DNA of 64,000 bases, taken from NCBI GenBank assembly GCA_963843835.1, contig CAWJMD010000008.1, positions 1,036,706-1,100,705 of the forward strand. Reading direction: 5' to 3'. The translations under genes and the position numbers were made by a program. Positions 24,263 through 32,016 of the stretch are shown one piece after another. This DNA comes from an uncultured Actinomycetota bacterium. GTDB taxonomy: Bacteria; Actinomycetota; Actinomycetes; Actinomycetales; CAWJMD01. The number at the start of each line of letters is the position of its first letter. Within the stretch, counting starts at the first letter, position 1. Below the pieces are notes generated by a model. The model saw nothing but the letters and a program-made list of their open reading frames with translations. It ran no database searches and had not been told where the DNA came from.

Positions 24263-26041
24263 CTAGCTGTCCTCCTCGGAGAAGCTCGTGCTCGACCACG
24301 CGTCGTTCTGCAGCTCGAGGAACGAGGGCGGAGGGAGCGCGGTCAGACGCGTGTCGTAGTTGTAGTCCTTGTCGTACCCGGTGCCGCCGCTGGTTCCGAC
24401 CGGGCCCCGGAACTTCTGGACGATCACGCCGTTCACGGTGAGGTTGCCGAGGTTCGTCGATCCGGTGTTGTAGTTCTGCACCGTGAAGCTGTTGGCGACG
24501 GAGGCGATGGCGGCGTCGATCCGCACGTTCACCAGCTTCGTCGACTCGGTCGAGGGGTGGTAGACCTCGACGTTGTTCTGGCCGACGAGGCCCAGGACGT
24601 TCGTGCTCGAGAGCCCGCCGTCGTACACGGTGTTGCCGACCACGATCACGTCGTGGGCGCTCGCGACCGTGTACTTGCCCTTGACCGTTCCCTTGACGAA
24701 GACGTCGCCCCGCATGCAGTCGTAGGTGTCTCCCGTCCCGGTCGTGTACTCGGACACCGGCTCAGCCGAGCCGCATGCCGCTCGATAGTTGGGGTCGCTG
24801 GTCGACGCCGGGACGTCCTGCACGTAGATCACGCCGTTCGCGGGTCCGTTCACGACCGACGCGGTGCTCGGGCTACCGCCGATGCAGCCGGAGTTCGTCA
24901 CCTTCGTGTAGGGGCTCTTGACCTTGAGCTTGCCGCTGCTGAGGAACTCGATGGTGGTCGGGCCGGTGTAGAGGCACCCCGTCCCACCCAGAGAGGCGTC
25001 GGCGAGCCTTCGGATGTTGAGGTTGGTCGGCGGCATCTCGAGCCGCGGCGAGTACTTGGGGAGGTTCGTCAGCGGCGTGTAGGCGTTGTTGACCCAGAGC
25101 TTCGCCGGGTTGGGTGGGTTGCGCACCTGCCCCGTTGTCGCCCAGCTGGTGGTCGTGGGTCCCTTGAAGTTGACGTTGCCGTTGAGGGTCAGGGTGTCGT
25201 TGCTGTGCAGGGGTCCGTTGATCACGTCGCTGCCCGAGAAGTTGATCGTCAGGCAGTCGAAGTAGTACGTGTCCGAACCCCCGCCGCGGATACCGGAGGG
25301 GGGCGTGTCGGACGCCGAGAACCAGACCTCCGCCGTCTTCGTGCCGGACTCGCTCCACTGCACAGTGCGCGGGAACGTGGCACGTCCGTCGTAGTAGTAC
25401 ATCTCGCAGCCGCGGCGAACCTGGTCCGAGGTCGGACGCAGGAGGGTGTAGCTCGTGCTCTTCTTGGCGGCGAACGGGATGATGGAGCCGATGTTGCCGT
25501 TCGACGAGACGGTGAACGAGCGGTTGCCGAGGAACGACAGCTGCGCCGTGCTCACCGGGCTGAACGTCTCGTAGTTGGAGTAGTACAGGAACTTGAGGAA
25601 GGCCGTCTTCGTGAGGTCGGCCACGATCGTGCGCTTGACGCCGTTCACCCGGCCGGTCACCTGCAGACGCACAGCACCGGGTGTCACCGTCGACAGGGGG
25701 TTGGAGAGCACCTTCTGGGTGTACTGCGCGGTGTTGGTCCCCGTGGTACCCGGTACGGTCGCCCAGCCTGTCAGCGCCAGGTTCGGCGTCGAGTCGCCAC
25801 AGGGCACGTCCCAGTATGTGTCACAGGTGTTCAGCCGCGACACGTAGTCCTGAACACCCGCCTGCGCTGCTGCCAGTGCTGCACGGAAGTCCTGTCCTCG
25901 CCGACTCTGGGTCACGGTGTTGAGGGCGTAGCCCATCGACGCGAGCGCCAGACCCGAGACCAGCAGGAAGGCCAGCAGCACGGCCACCATCGTGTAGCCC
26001 TCGTCGTCGCCCCGTCGTGCCGTGAAGCGCTGAACCACCAT
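24263..26041 (-). CDS. Large PilX-like minor pilin / putative pilus-tip protein
   Basis: 592 aa from the ATG at 26041 (1-nt overlap with the upstream stop). PilX_N-like head: RRGDDEG|YTMVAVLLAFLLVSGLALASMGYALNTVTQSRRGQDFRAALAAAQAGVQDY, with no Glu at +5. The remaining ~530 aa are Asn/Thr/Ser/Tyr/Gly-rich, beta-type, with several Cys pairs. Confidence 0.7.
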   Translation of the reverse strand: MVVQRFTARRGDDEGYTMVAVLLAFLLVSGLALASMGYALNTVTQSRRGQDFRAALAAAQAGVQDYVSRLNTCDTYWDVPCGDSTPNLALTGWATVPGTTGTNTAQYTQKVLSNPLSTVTPGAVRLQVTGRVNGVKRTIVADLTKTAFLKFLYYSNYETFSPVSTAQLSFLGNRSFTVSSNGNIGSIIPFAAKKSTSYTLLRPTSDQVRRGCEMYYYDGRATFPRTVQWSESGTKTAEVWFSASDTPPSGIRGGGSDTYYFDCLTINFSGSDVINGPLHSNDTLTLNGNVNFKGPTTTSWATTGQVRNPPNPAKLWVNNAYTPLTNLPKYSPRLEMPPTNLNIRRLADASLGGTGCLYTGPTTIEFLSSGKLKVKSPYTKVTNSGCIGGSPSTASVVNGPANGVIYVQDVPASTSDPNYRAACGSAEPVSEYTTGTGDTYDCMRGDVFVKGTVKGKYTVASAHDVIVVGNTVYDGGLSSTNVLGLVGQNNVEVYHPSTESTKLVNVRIDAAIASVANSFTVQNYNTGSTNLGNLTVNGVIVQKFRGPVGTSGGTGYDKDYNYDTRLTALPPPSFLELQNDAWSSTSFSEEDS

Positions 26042-26799
26042 CAGTTGCTCCTTGAGGTGATGTTGATGAACGTGACTCGAGCCACCGTGGAAGGGTTCTT
26101 GGACGTGTCCTGCGTCCGAAGGGCCGCTGTCATCCAGATCTCCACGCTCTCGACCAGCGGGATGTCGCCCGCAGCGACGTTTCCGGAGCCGTCCACCGGG
26201 ACCGTGCTGACTGAGGAGCCGTCCGCGTTGAGTGTCGCGTCGGTGCGCTTGAGGTAGGTGAAGAACGAGTGCGGCGGCGTCGCGGAGAGTCCCCGGGCGA
26301 CCACCTGGCACGTGCGTGCTGCGCCGGGGCTCTGCGCGCCCGCGGGGAACGTGATGTTCGCGCCGACCAGCGTGCCCCGGTAGACCTGCTGGCACAGCTC
26401 GCGCTTGCCGTCCGCCGACGCCCGGGTCCACAGCCAGATGACCGAAGGCATCTGCGTCTGGGAGCCGGCGTTCGCGGCGGTCAGGTCGAGGGTGTCCAGC
26501 TTGGCGTAGAAGCCGATGCGCTGAGGCTCGGCGACGATGATGGCCGGGACGTTGCCGTCGTACGAGTCGGCGGTGCGCAGCTGCTTGGTCATCCGGTCGG
26601 CCGCGATGCGAAGCTCGTTGACGGCCTGGTTGCGCTGGTTGGCGGCGTCCGACGTCCGCGCCCCCGAGATCACCATCGCCGACACGCTCGCCAGCAGGAG
26701 CGTGCTGATCACCATGCCGACGAGGAGCTCGACGACGCTCATGCCGCGGTCGTCGGCGCGCCAGCCGGCACGCACCAGCCGGGCGATCCGGCGGGTCAC
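26041..26799 (-). CDS. PilW-like minor pilin (prepilin-type N-terminal cleavage/methylation domain)
   Basis: 252 aa from the GTG at 26799 (GTGA overlap). Leader ...WRADDRG|MSVVELLVGMVISTLLLASVSAMV with Glu at +5. Confidence 0.75.
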   Translation of the reverse strand: MTRRIARLVRAGWRADDRGMSVVELLVGMVISTLLLASVSAMVISGARTSDAANQRNQAVNELRIAADRMTKQLRTADSYDGNVPAIIVAEPQRIGFYAKLDTLDLTAANAGSQTQMPSVIWLWTRASADGKRELCQQVYRGTLVGANITFPAGAQSPGAARTCQVVARGLSATPPHSFFTYLKRTDATLNADGSSVSTVPVDGSGNVAAGDIPLVESVEIWMTAALRTQDTSKNPSTVARVTFINITSRSN

Positions 26800-28106
26800 C
26801 AGTTCACCGTCGCCGAGGCGGTGCGAGACGTGTCGCTCACGGTGAAGGTCTCGGTCTTGGAGGTCGGCGTACCCGAGACGGTGACCGTCACCGTGGCGTT
26901 CCACGTGCCGTACGGGACCTGCACGGCGAAGTCAGTGCCTCCACCGTTGAGCAGGACCAGGTTCTCGGCGACCAGGAGCGAGTCGCCGCCGGAGCAGAGG
27001 GCGTCCGCGGCCCGTTCGAGGGTGACCGTCGCAGTGCTGACCGGACCCCCACCGGACTTCTTCACCTTGAGGTTCACTCCCCCGACGGGGAGGTTGACGG
27101 GGGTGGTACCCCCGGGGGTCGGGGAGACCGACACCTTCCCCCCCGACGCGGGCAGGCAGCGACCCGCCGACAACCCGTACCCGGCCCCGGCCCAGGGGAA
27201 CACCGGCGACATGGCACCACTCGGCAGGAGGCACCCGGACGTCACCACCGGACTGCAGTACGGGTTGAACACCGTCTGCCCCAGGAGGCTGCGCTCGACC
27301 TGCACGCCGTGGCCCGAGATCGGGAGCTGGTAGCCACCACCGGGCGGGGACCACGCCATCGTCAAGGCGGACGCCTGGTCGTACATGAGGCTGGCCGGCT
27401 TCGCGATGCGCCCCGCGACGACGGTCGCAGCCGTCGTCGACACGCTCTGCGCGTTGGTGATGCCGACGTAGCCGATCGTGTCGACCGAGGCGCTGTAGGT
27501 ACCGGGGGCGAGGCTCGTGAAGACCGCGCACCCGTTCTTGTCACTCACGGCGGTCGCGCCCGTCGGACTGAGGGTGACGTTGATGCCCTGCAGGGCAACG
27601 GAGTTGCGGTCGACGACGGGCACCGCGAAGGCACCGAGGTTCCCGTTCACCTGGCCGATGGGCACGGCGAGGACCGTGTCGCTCTGGACCGGGGTGACCG
27701 ATCCCATCCTGGGCCATGTCACCAGGACGGAGATCTTCTTGTAGGCCAGGCGCGCGCCGTCGGGGGCGCTGCAGCTGCTGGTGGTCGACGTACCGGGCAG
27801 GAGGGAGATCGTGCGGGTGACCGTGAAGGCGTCGCCGTTGACGGACAAGGGCGTGGCGACCGTGCCGGGAAGCAGCGCGTCGTACCCGAGACCGAGGCTC
27901 ACCTCCTTCTCGCGCTCAGCCAGGTTCGCGGCGGTTGCTCGCATCCTCCCCTCGCCGGTGAGGGCGAGCGTGCGGATCAGCACCCCGCCCGCCGCAGCCG
28001 CGACGAGGGCGAGGACGACGAGCGACGCCAGCACCTCGACGATCGTGAAGCCGTCCTCGTTGCCTGCCAGCTCGCGGCCGTGGCGTCGACGCAAGGCGCT
28101 CAGCAC
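26796..28106 (-). CDS. PilV-like minor pilin with extra Ig/CarboxypepD_reg-like beta domains
   Basis: 436 aa from the GTG at 28106 (GGGAG upstream). Leader ...LAGNEDG|FTIVEVLASLVVLALVAAAAGGVL with Glu at +5. The internal segment VVDRNSVALQGINVTLSPTGATAVSDKNGCAVFTSLAPGTYSASV resembles carboxypeptidase-regulatory-like folds. Confidence 0.72.
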   Translation of the reverse strand: MLSALRRRHGRELAGNEDGFTIVEVLASLVVLALVAAAAGGVLIRTLALTGEGRMRATAANLAEREKEVSLGLGYDALLPGTVATPLSVNGDAFTVTRTISLLPGTSTTSSCSAPDGARLAYKKISVLVTWPRMGSVTPVQSDTVLAVPIGQVNGNLGAFAVPVVDRNSVALQGINVTLSPTGATAVSDKNGCAVFTSLAPGTYSASVDTIGYVGITNAQSVSTTAATVVAGRIAKPASLMYDQASALTMAWSPPGGGYQLPISGHGVQVERSLLGQTVFNPYCSPVVTSGCLLPSGAMSPVFPWAGAGYGLSAGRCLPASGGKVSVSPTPGGTTPVNLPVGGVNLKVKKSGGGPVSTATVTLERAADALCSGGDSLLVAENLVLLNGGGTDFAVQVPYGTWNATVTVTVSGTPTSKTETFTVSDTSRTASATVNW

Positions 28107-28265
28107 GATGGGTCTCCCGGAAGTCGGTCCGTGGGCTCCAGTGCGGGCCCTCGGGTTGGTATCGGCGGTGGCGCCGCGTCCTTGAGGCGTGAGGTGGGCC
28201 CATCCGGGAGCGGGTCCCTGTTTCCCTCTAACGGGTGCGCGCCATGCGGGATCCGAGCAACGGAA

Positions 28266-28292
28266 CGCCCCCCGGCCATCGGCCGGGGGGCG
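28266..28292 (-). terminator. Strong hairpin downstream of the major pilin gene
   Basis: CGCCCCCCGGCC-atc-GGCCGGGGGGCG, a 12-bp all-GC perfect stem, 22 nt after the pilin stop at 28315. Confidence 0.65.
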
Positions 28293-28314
28293 CTCGGTCA
28301 CTGCTCTCAGATCA

Positions 28315-28725
28315 TCACGGGGTGGCGGTCAGCACACCGGCTGCGCAGGTGCCCTTCTTGACACCAGCGTCGGCGCTGCTGGCGGCCCACTTGTCGCCCG
28401 ACTTCGACGTCACCTGCACGCAGTACGCGTTCTTGGCGGCGTTCACCGTGTAGGTGTGACCCGTCGCGGTCGAGCTGACCTTGTACTCGGACGCAGCGAG
28501 GGCGGCCGGGTACTCCTGGGTGTCGGTGAAGTTCGTCTCGACCGCGATCTGCATGTTGCGCGCGTCGGACTTGGCCTGGCCGTCGTAGCCCTTGTTGCGC
28601 TGGTTCAGGAAGGTCGGGATCGCGATGGCCGCGAGGATGCCGATGATGACGATGACGACGAGGAGCTCGATCAGGGTGAAGCCCTGGTCCTTCTCCTCCA
28701 TGGACTTACGGATGCGAGCGAGCAT
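28315..28725 (-). CDS. pilA: Type IV major pilin (paralog 1)
   Basis: 136 aa. Class III signal peptide MLARIRKSMEEKDQG|FTLIELLVVIVIIGILAAIAIPTFLNQ. C-terminal Cys pair (..YCVQV...KKGTCAAG) forms a disulfide loop. Has its own 212-bp upstream region and its own terminator. Confidence 0.9.
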   Translation of the reverse strand: MLARIRKSMEEKDQGFTLIELLVVIVIIGILAAIAIPTFLNQRNKGYDGQAKSDARNMQIAVETNFTDTQEYPAALAASEYKVSSTATGHTYTVNAAKNAYCVQVTSKSGDKWAASSADAGVKKGTCAAGVLTATP

Positions 28726-28882
28726 GTGCGCTCCCCTTCGATTCGGTCTCGGTGAGCCGCCCGCTGCAGGGTCTCCGGCTCGATGACTCCTGAGATATCG
28801 GGCTCGCCCGGAGGCACCTTGAGATCTGGGGTGAAGATTCTCGGTCGCCCTGCTCCGATCGAGCGACGCCGCTCACAGATGC

Positions 28883-28914
28883 GTGAGGGCCTGCCGCGGA
28901 CGGCAGGCCCTCAC
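28883..28914 (-). terminator. Hairpin downstream of pilin paralog 2
   Basis: GTGAGGGCCTGCCG-cgga-CGGCAGGCCCTCAC, a 14-bp perfect stem, 24 nt after the stop at 28938. Confidence 0.65.
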
Positions 28915-28937
28915 GATGCTGCGCACACTCGACGGGA

Positions 28938-29330
28938 CTACCCCGTCGGGTTGCTGCATGCACCCGGTGCGGTCGCGACCCCGGCGGCACCACTGGTCGC
29001 CTTCCAGACGGCGCCGGACCGTGACCGGACCGACACGCAGTACGACGAGCTCGAGCCGAAGTAGACAGCGGGACTGGTGGTCTCGGACTTCAGGTAGGTC
29101 GGGATGCTCCCGGTCGGCGGATAGCCCTGGACCTCGTGGAACTCGGCCTCGATCGCCGTCTGGAGGTTGCGGGCGTCGCTCTTCGCCTGGGCGTCGAACC
29201 CCTCGTCGCGTTGTGCCAGGTACGCGGGGATCGCGATCGCCGCGAGTACGCCGATGATCGACACGACCACGAGCAGCTCGATCAGCGTGAAGCCACGCTC
29301 GGCAGCACGCGTGCGGGATGCGATGCGCAT
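28938..29330 (-). CDS. Type IV pilin (paralog 2)
   Basis: 130 aa from the ATG at 29330 (GGAGAG upstream): MRIASRTRAAERG|FTLIELLVVVSIIGVLAAIAIPAYLAQRDEGFDAQAKSDARNLQ.... C-terminal Cys pair (..YCVSV...PGACSNP). The listed ORF start at 29375 would give an atypically long leader. Confidence 0.85.
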   Translation of the reverse strand: MRIASRTRAAERGFTLIELLVVVSIIGVLAAIAIPAYLAQRDEGFDAQAKSDARNLQTAIEAEFHEVQGYPPTGSIPTYLKSETTSPAVYFGSSSSYCVSVRSRSGAVWKATSGAAGVATAPGACSNPTG

Positions 29331-29371
29331 GGTTCGGTCACTCTCCGTCGCGGGACGTTGTGGCGCCCCGG

Positions 29372-30595
29372 TCACTGGATCAGGTCGAAGACCTTGAAGA
29401 TGGGCATGTAGAGGGCGATGATCATCGACCCGATCATGGCGCCGAGCACGGCGATCATCAGCGGCTCGATCAGGCTCGTCAGCGCCTCGGTGGTCGACTC
29501 GACCTCCTGGTCGTAGAAGTCTGCAAGCTTGCCGAGCATCGTGTCCATCGCGCCGGTGTCCTCACCCACGGCGAGCATCTGCACCATCATCGCCGGGAAG
29601 ACCTTGTGGTCGGCCAGGGGGCCGGCCAACGAGTCGCCCTTGCGGACGCTCTCCTGGACGTCCCTCGCGGCACGCTCGAGAACGAGGTTGCCGCTGGTCT
29701 CGCCGACGATCTCGAGGCTCTGCAGGATCGGGACCCCTGAACGGATCATCGTCCCGAGGTTGCGTGCGAAGCGGGCCAGGGCGACCTTCGCGAACAGGTT
29801 GCCGAAGACGGGGATCTTCAGCTTCATCGGGTCGATGACGCTGCGCACCTTGTGCTGGTGCTTGACCCGGCCCCACACCACGGAGAAGGCGACGAGCAGC
29901 ACGAGGCCGATCGGTGCGGCGACCTTCATCACGCCGCTGAGGAAGACGAGCGCCTTCGTCGGAGCGGGGAGCTCGCCTCCAAGGCTGTCGAACATGCCTG
30001 CGAAGACGGGCACGATGAAGAGGAGCATGCCGACCACGGCGATGATCGCCATCACGAAGACGACGACCGGGTAGGTCATCGCCGACTTGATCTTGCTGCG
30101 GAGCTTGACCTCGGCCTCGAAGTTCTCGGCCACCGACAGCAGGGTCGTGTCGAGGAAGCCGCCGACCTCGCCCGCCCGGCACATGTTGATCATGATCGGC
30201 GGGAAGACGCGTGGGAACTTCGCGAGCGAGTTCGACAGCGAGCCACCGGACTCCACCTCGTTGCGCACCGAGGTCAGGGCCTCCTTCAGCCCCTTGCTCT
30301 CGGTCTGCTCGGCCAGGATCGAGAGCGAGCGCAGCATCGACAGACCCGAGTTGATCATCGTGGCGAACTGTCGCGACATGACCGCGAGGTCCTTGAGCTT
30401 GACGCGGTTGCTGCCCGGGAGGGTGATCTCCTTGCTCATGCCGGAGCCCTGCTCGCGCACCGACATCGGCGCGTAGCCCATGTGCTTCAGCTTGGTGACG
30501 AGCGCCGCCTCGTTGGGGGCGTCGAGCTTGCCGGTGACGAGCTTGCCCGAGCGGTCGCGGACGGAGTACTCGTAGGTCTTGGTGGCGGTTGCCAT
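29372..30595 (-). CDS. pilC: Type IV pilus platform protein PilC (T2SS F family)
   Basis: 407 aa from the ATG at 30595 (GAGGGAG upstream). Two T2SSF repeats and three TM segments: ...FATMINSGLSMLRSL... / ...NLGTMIRSGVPILQSL.... Confidence 0.9.
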   Translation of the reverse strand: MATATKTYEYSVRDRSGKLVTGKLDAPNEAALVTKLKHMGYAPMSVREQGSGMSKEITLPGSNRVKLKDLAVMSRQFATMINSGLSMLRSLSILAEQTESKGLKEALTSVRNEVESGGSLSNSLAKFPRVFPPIMINMCRAGEVGGFLDTTLLSVAENFEAEVKLRSKIKSAMTYPVVVFVMAIIAVVGMLLFIVPVFAGMFDSLGGELPAPTKALVFLSGVMKVAAPIGLVLLVAFSVVWGRVKHQHKVRSVIDPMKLKIPVFGNLFAKVALARFARNLGTMIRSGVPILQSLEIVGETSGNLVLERAARDVQESVRKGDSLAGPLADHKVFPAMMVQMLAVGEDTGAMDTMLGKLADFYDQEVESTTEALTSLIEPLMIAVLGAMIGSMIIALYMPIFKVFDLIQ

Positions 30596-30606
30596 CGTGC
30601 GCTCCC

Positions 30607-31890
30607 TCAGGCCCGGCCGGTCAGGCGGTTGAAGTCCTCGACGTGGTGGCACTTCTCGAGGCCCTGCTCGTAGCTGATGCGGTTCGTTCGCACGAGATCG
30701 GCCAGGTGCTGGTCCATCGTGTGCATGCCGTGCTGCGCCCCGGCCTGCATGGCCGAGTAGATCTGGTGGGTCTTGCCCTCGCGGATGAGGTTGCGCACCG
30801 CGGCGGTCGCCTGCAGGACCTCGGTGGCGACGACCCGCCCGCGCCCGTCCGCCGTCTTGCACAGCGTCTGGCAGACGACACCCTGCAGCGAGCCGGCGAG
30901 CATGACGCGGACCTGCTGCTGCTGCTCGGGCGGGAAGACGTCGATCACGCGGTCGATGGTCTGCGCCGCGTCCTGCGTGTGCAGGGTCGCGAACACGAGG
31001 TGCCCGGTCTCAGCGGCGGTCAGGGCCACCGAGATGGTCTCGAGGTCACGCATCTCGCCGACCAGGATGATGTCGGGGTCCTGGCGCAGGACGTGCTTCA
31101 GCGCGTTGGCGAAGGACTTGGTGTCCTCCCCCACCTCTCGCTGGTTGATCAGGCAGCTCTTGTGACGGTGCAGGAACTCGATGGGGTCCTCGACCGTCAT
31201 GATGTGGCCGTGCCGGGTGCGGTTGGCCAGGTCGATGAGGGACGCCAGCGTCGTCGACTTGCCGGAGCCGGTCGGGCCGGTGACCAGGACCATGCCGCGG
31301 GGCAGGCCGGCGAAGTTGCTGACGGTCGGCGGGATGCCGAGGTCCTCCAGCGGCTTGATCTCGTAGGGGATCACCCGGAACGCGGCGCCGATGGACTCAC
31401 GCTGGCGGTAGATGTTGACGCGGAACCGCGAGCGGCCCGGCAGGGAGTAGGCGAGGTCGAGCTCGAGCTCGGACTCGAACTTCTCGCGCTGCTTCTGGGT
31501 GAGGATCGCGTAGATCACGCGCTGCAGCGCCATCCGCTCCATGATCGGCTGCTCGTCCAGGGGCTGGAGCTCTCCACGGAGGCGCAGCATCGGGTGCGCC
31601 CCGCTGCTGAGGTGGAGGTCGGAGGCGCCCCGCTCGAGCATCTCTATCAGCAGGTCGCTGAGGACGAAGTCGCCCTCCTCGACCTGCGCCTCGGTCGTCT
31701 GGCGGCCCAGCACCTGCGGCTTCTTGGCCGTCGCGACCCCCGGTGGGGGCTGCGTCGGCGGGAGGGGTGCGGTCGCCGCGTGCGCGCCGGGGGGCGCCGT
31801 CGTCGAGGCGGTGGGGGCGGTCGGGGTGTCGCCGCGGAAGGCGAACGCCTCCGGCGAGTAGCCCTGCTGGTTCGGCTGGCCGCTGCTCAC
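30607..31890 (-). CDS. pilT: Type IV pilus retraction ATPase PilT with Pro/Thr/Ala-rich N-terminal extension
   Basis: Walker A GPTGSGKSTT, Asp box, Walker B ILVGEMRD, and a PilT-specific AAVRNLIREGK helix. Start assigned to the GTG at 31890 (GAGGGGAG 5 nt upstream). Codons from 31891 to 32001 are rich in AGA/AGG/TCA/CGA and look non-coding. Confidence 0.85.
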   Translation of the reverse strand: MSSGQPNQQGYSPEAFAFRGDTPTAPTASTTAPPGAHAATAPLPPTQPPPGVATAKKPQVLGRQTTEAQVEEGDFVLSDLLIEMLERGASDLHLSSGAHPMLRLRGELQPLDEQPIMERMALQRVIYAILTQKQREKFESELELDLAYSLPGRSRFRVNIYRQRESIGAAFRVIPYEIKPLEDLGIPPTVSNFAGLPRGMVLVTGPTGSGKSTTLASLIDLANRTRHGHIMTVEDPIEFLHRHKSCLINQREVGEDTKSFANALKHVLRQDPDIILVGEMRDLETISVALTAAETGHLVFATLHTQDAAQTIDRVIDVFPPEQQQQVRVMLAGSLQGVVCQTLCKTADGRGRVVATEVLQATAAVRNLIREGKTHQIYSAMQAGAQHGMHTMDQHLADLVRTNRISYEQGLEKCHHVEDFNRLTGRA

Positions 31891-32016
31891 GGCGCTCCCC
31901 TCATCGGTTGTCCTGTCGTACACGCCTCGTCGAGGTCTGCTGGCTCTCCTGCTCATCGGCCCGTCCAGGCCCACCCTTGAGGCGTCGTGTGAGAGCGCCA
32001 CGAGCGCTACCGTGCG

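Noticed and set aside
24263-28301. The visibly lower GC of the minor-pilin region, considered as evidence for recent horizontal acquisition
   Set aside because: Reading the codons, third positions are still overwhelmingly G/C (for example ...GAC TAC AAC TAC GAC ACG CGT CTG ACC...). The dip comes from Asn/Tyr/Thr/Ser/Lys/Phe-rich amino-acid composition at codon positions 1-2, not from foreign codon usage. A windowed GC3 calculation would be needed to say more.
28726-28882. A specific -35/-10 promoter call for the major pilin gene
   Set aside because: The region after the 28883-28914 hairpin is slightly AT-richer (gagaatcttcacc..., cccgatatctcagg). I could not find a convincing TTGACA-N17-TANNNT arrangement, so the promoter is inferred from architecture only.
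30607-32001. ATG at 32001 as the pilT start (464-aa product)
   Set aside because: The first 37 codons use AGA, AGG, TCA, CGA, ACA and GAT at a frequency not seen in neighbouring genes, and no ribosome-binding site precedes the ATG. The GTG at 31890 has GAGGGGAG 5 nt upstream.
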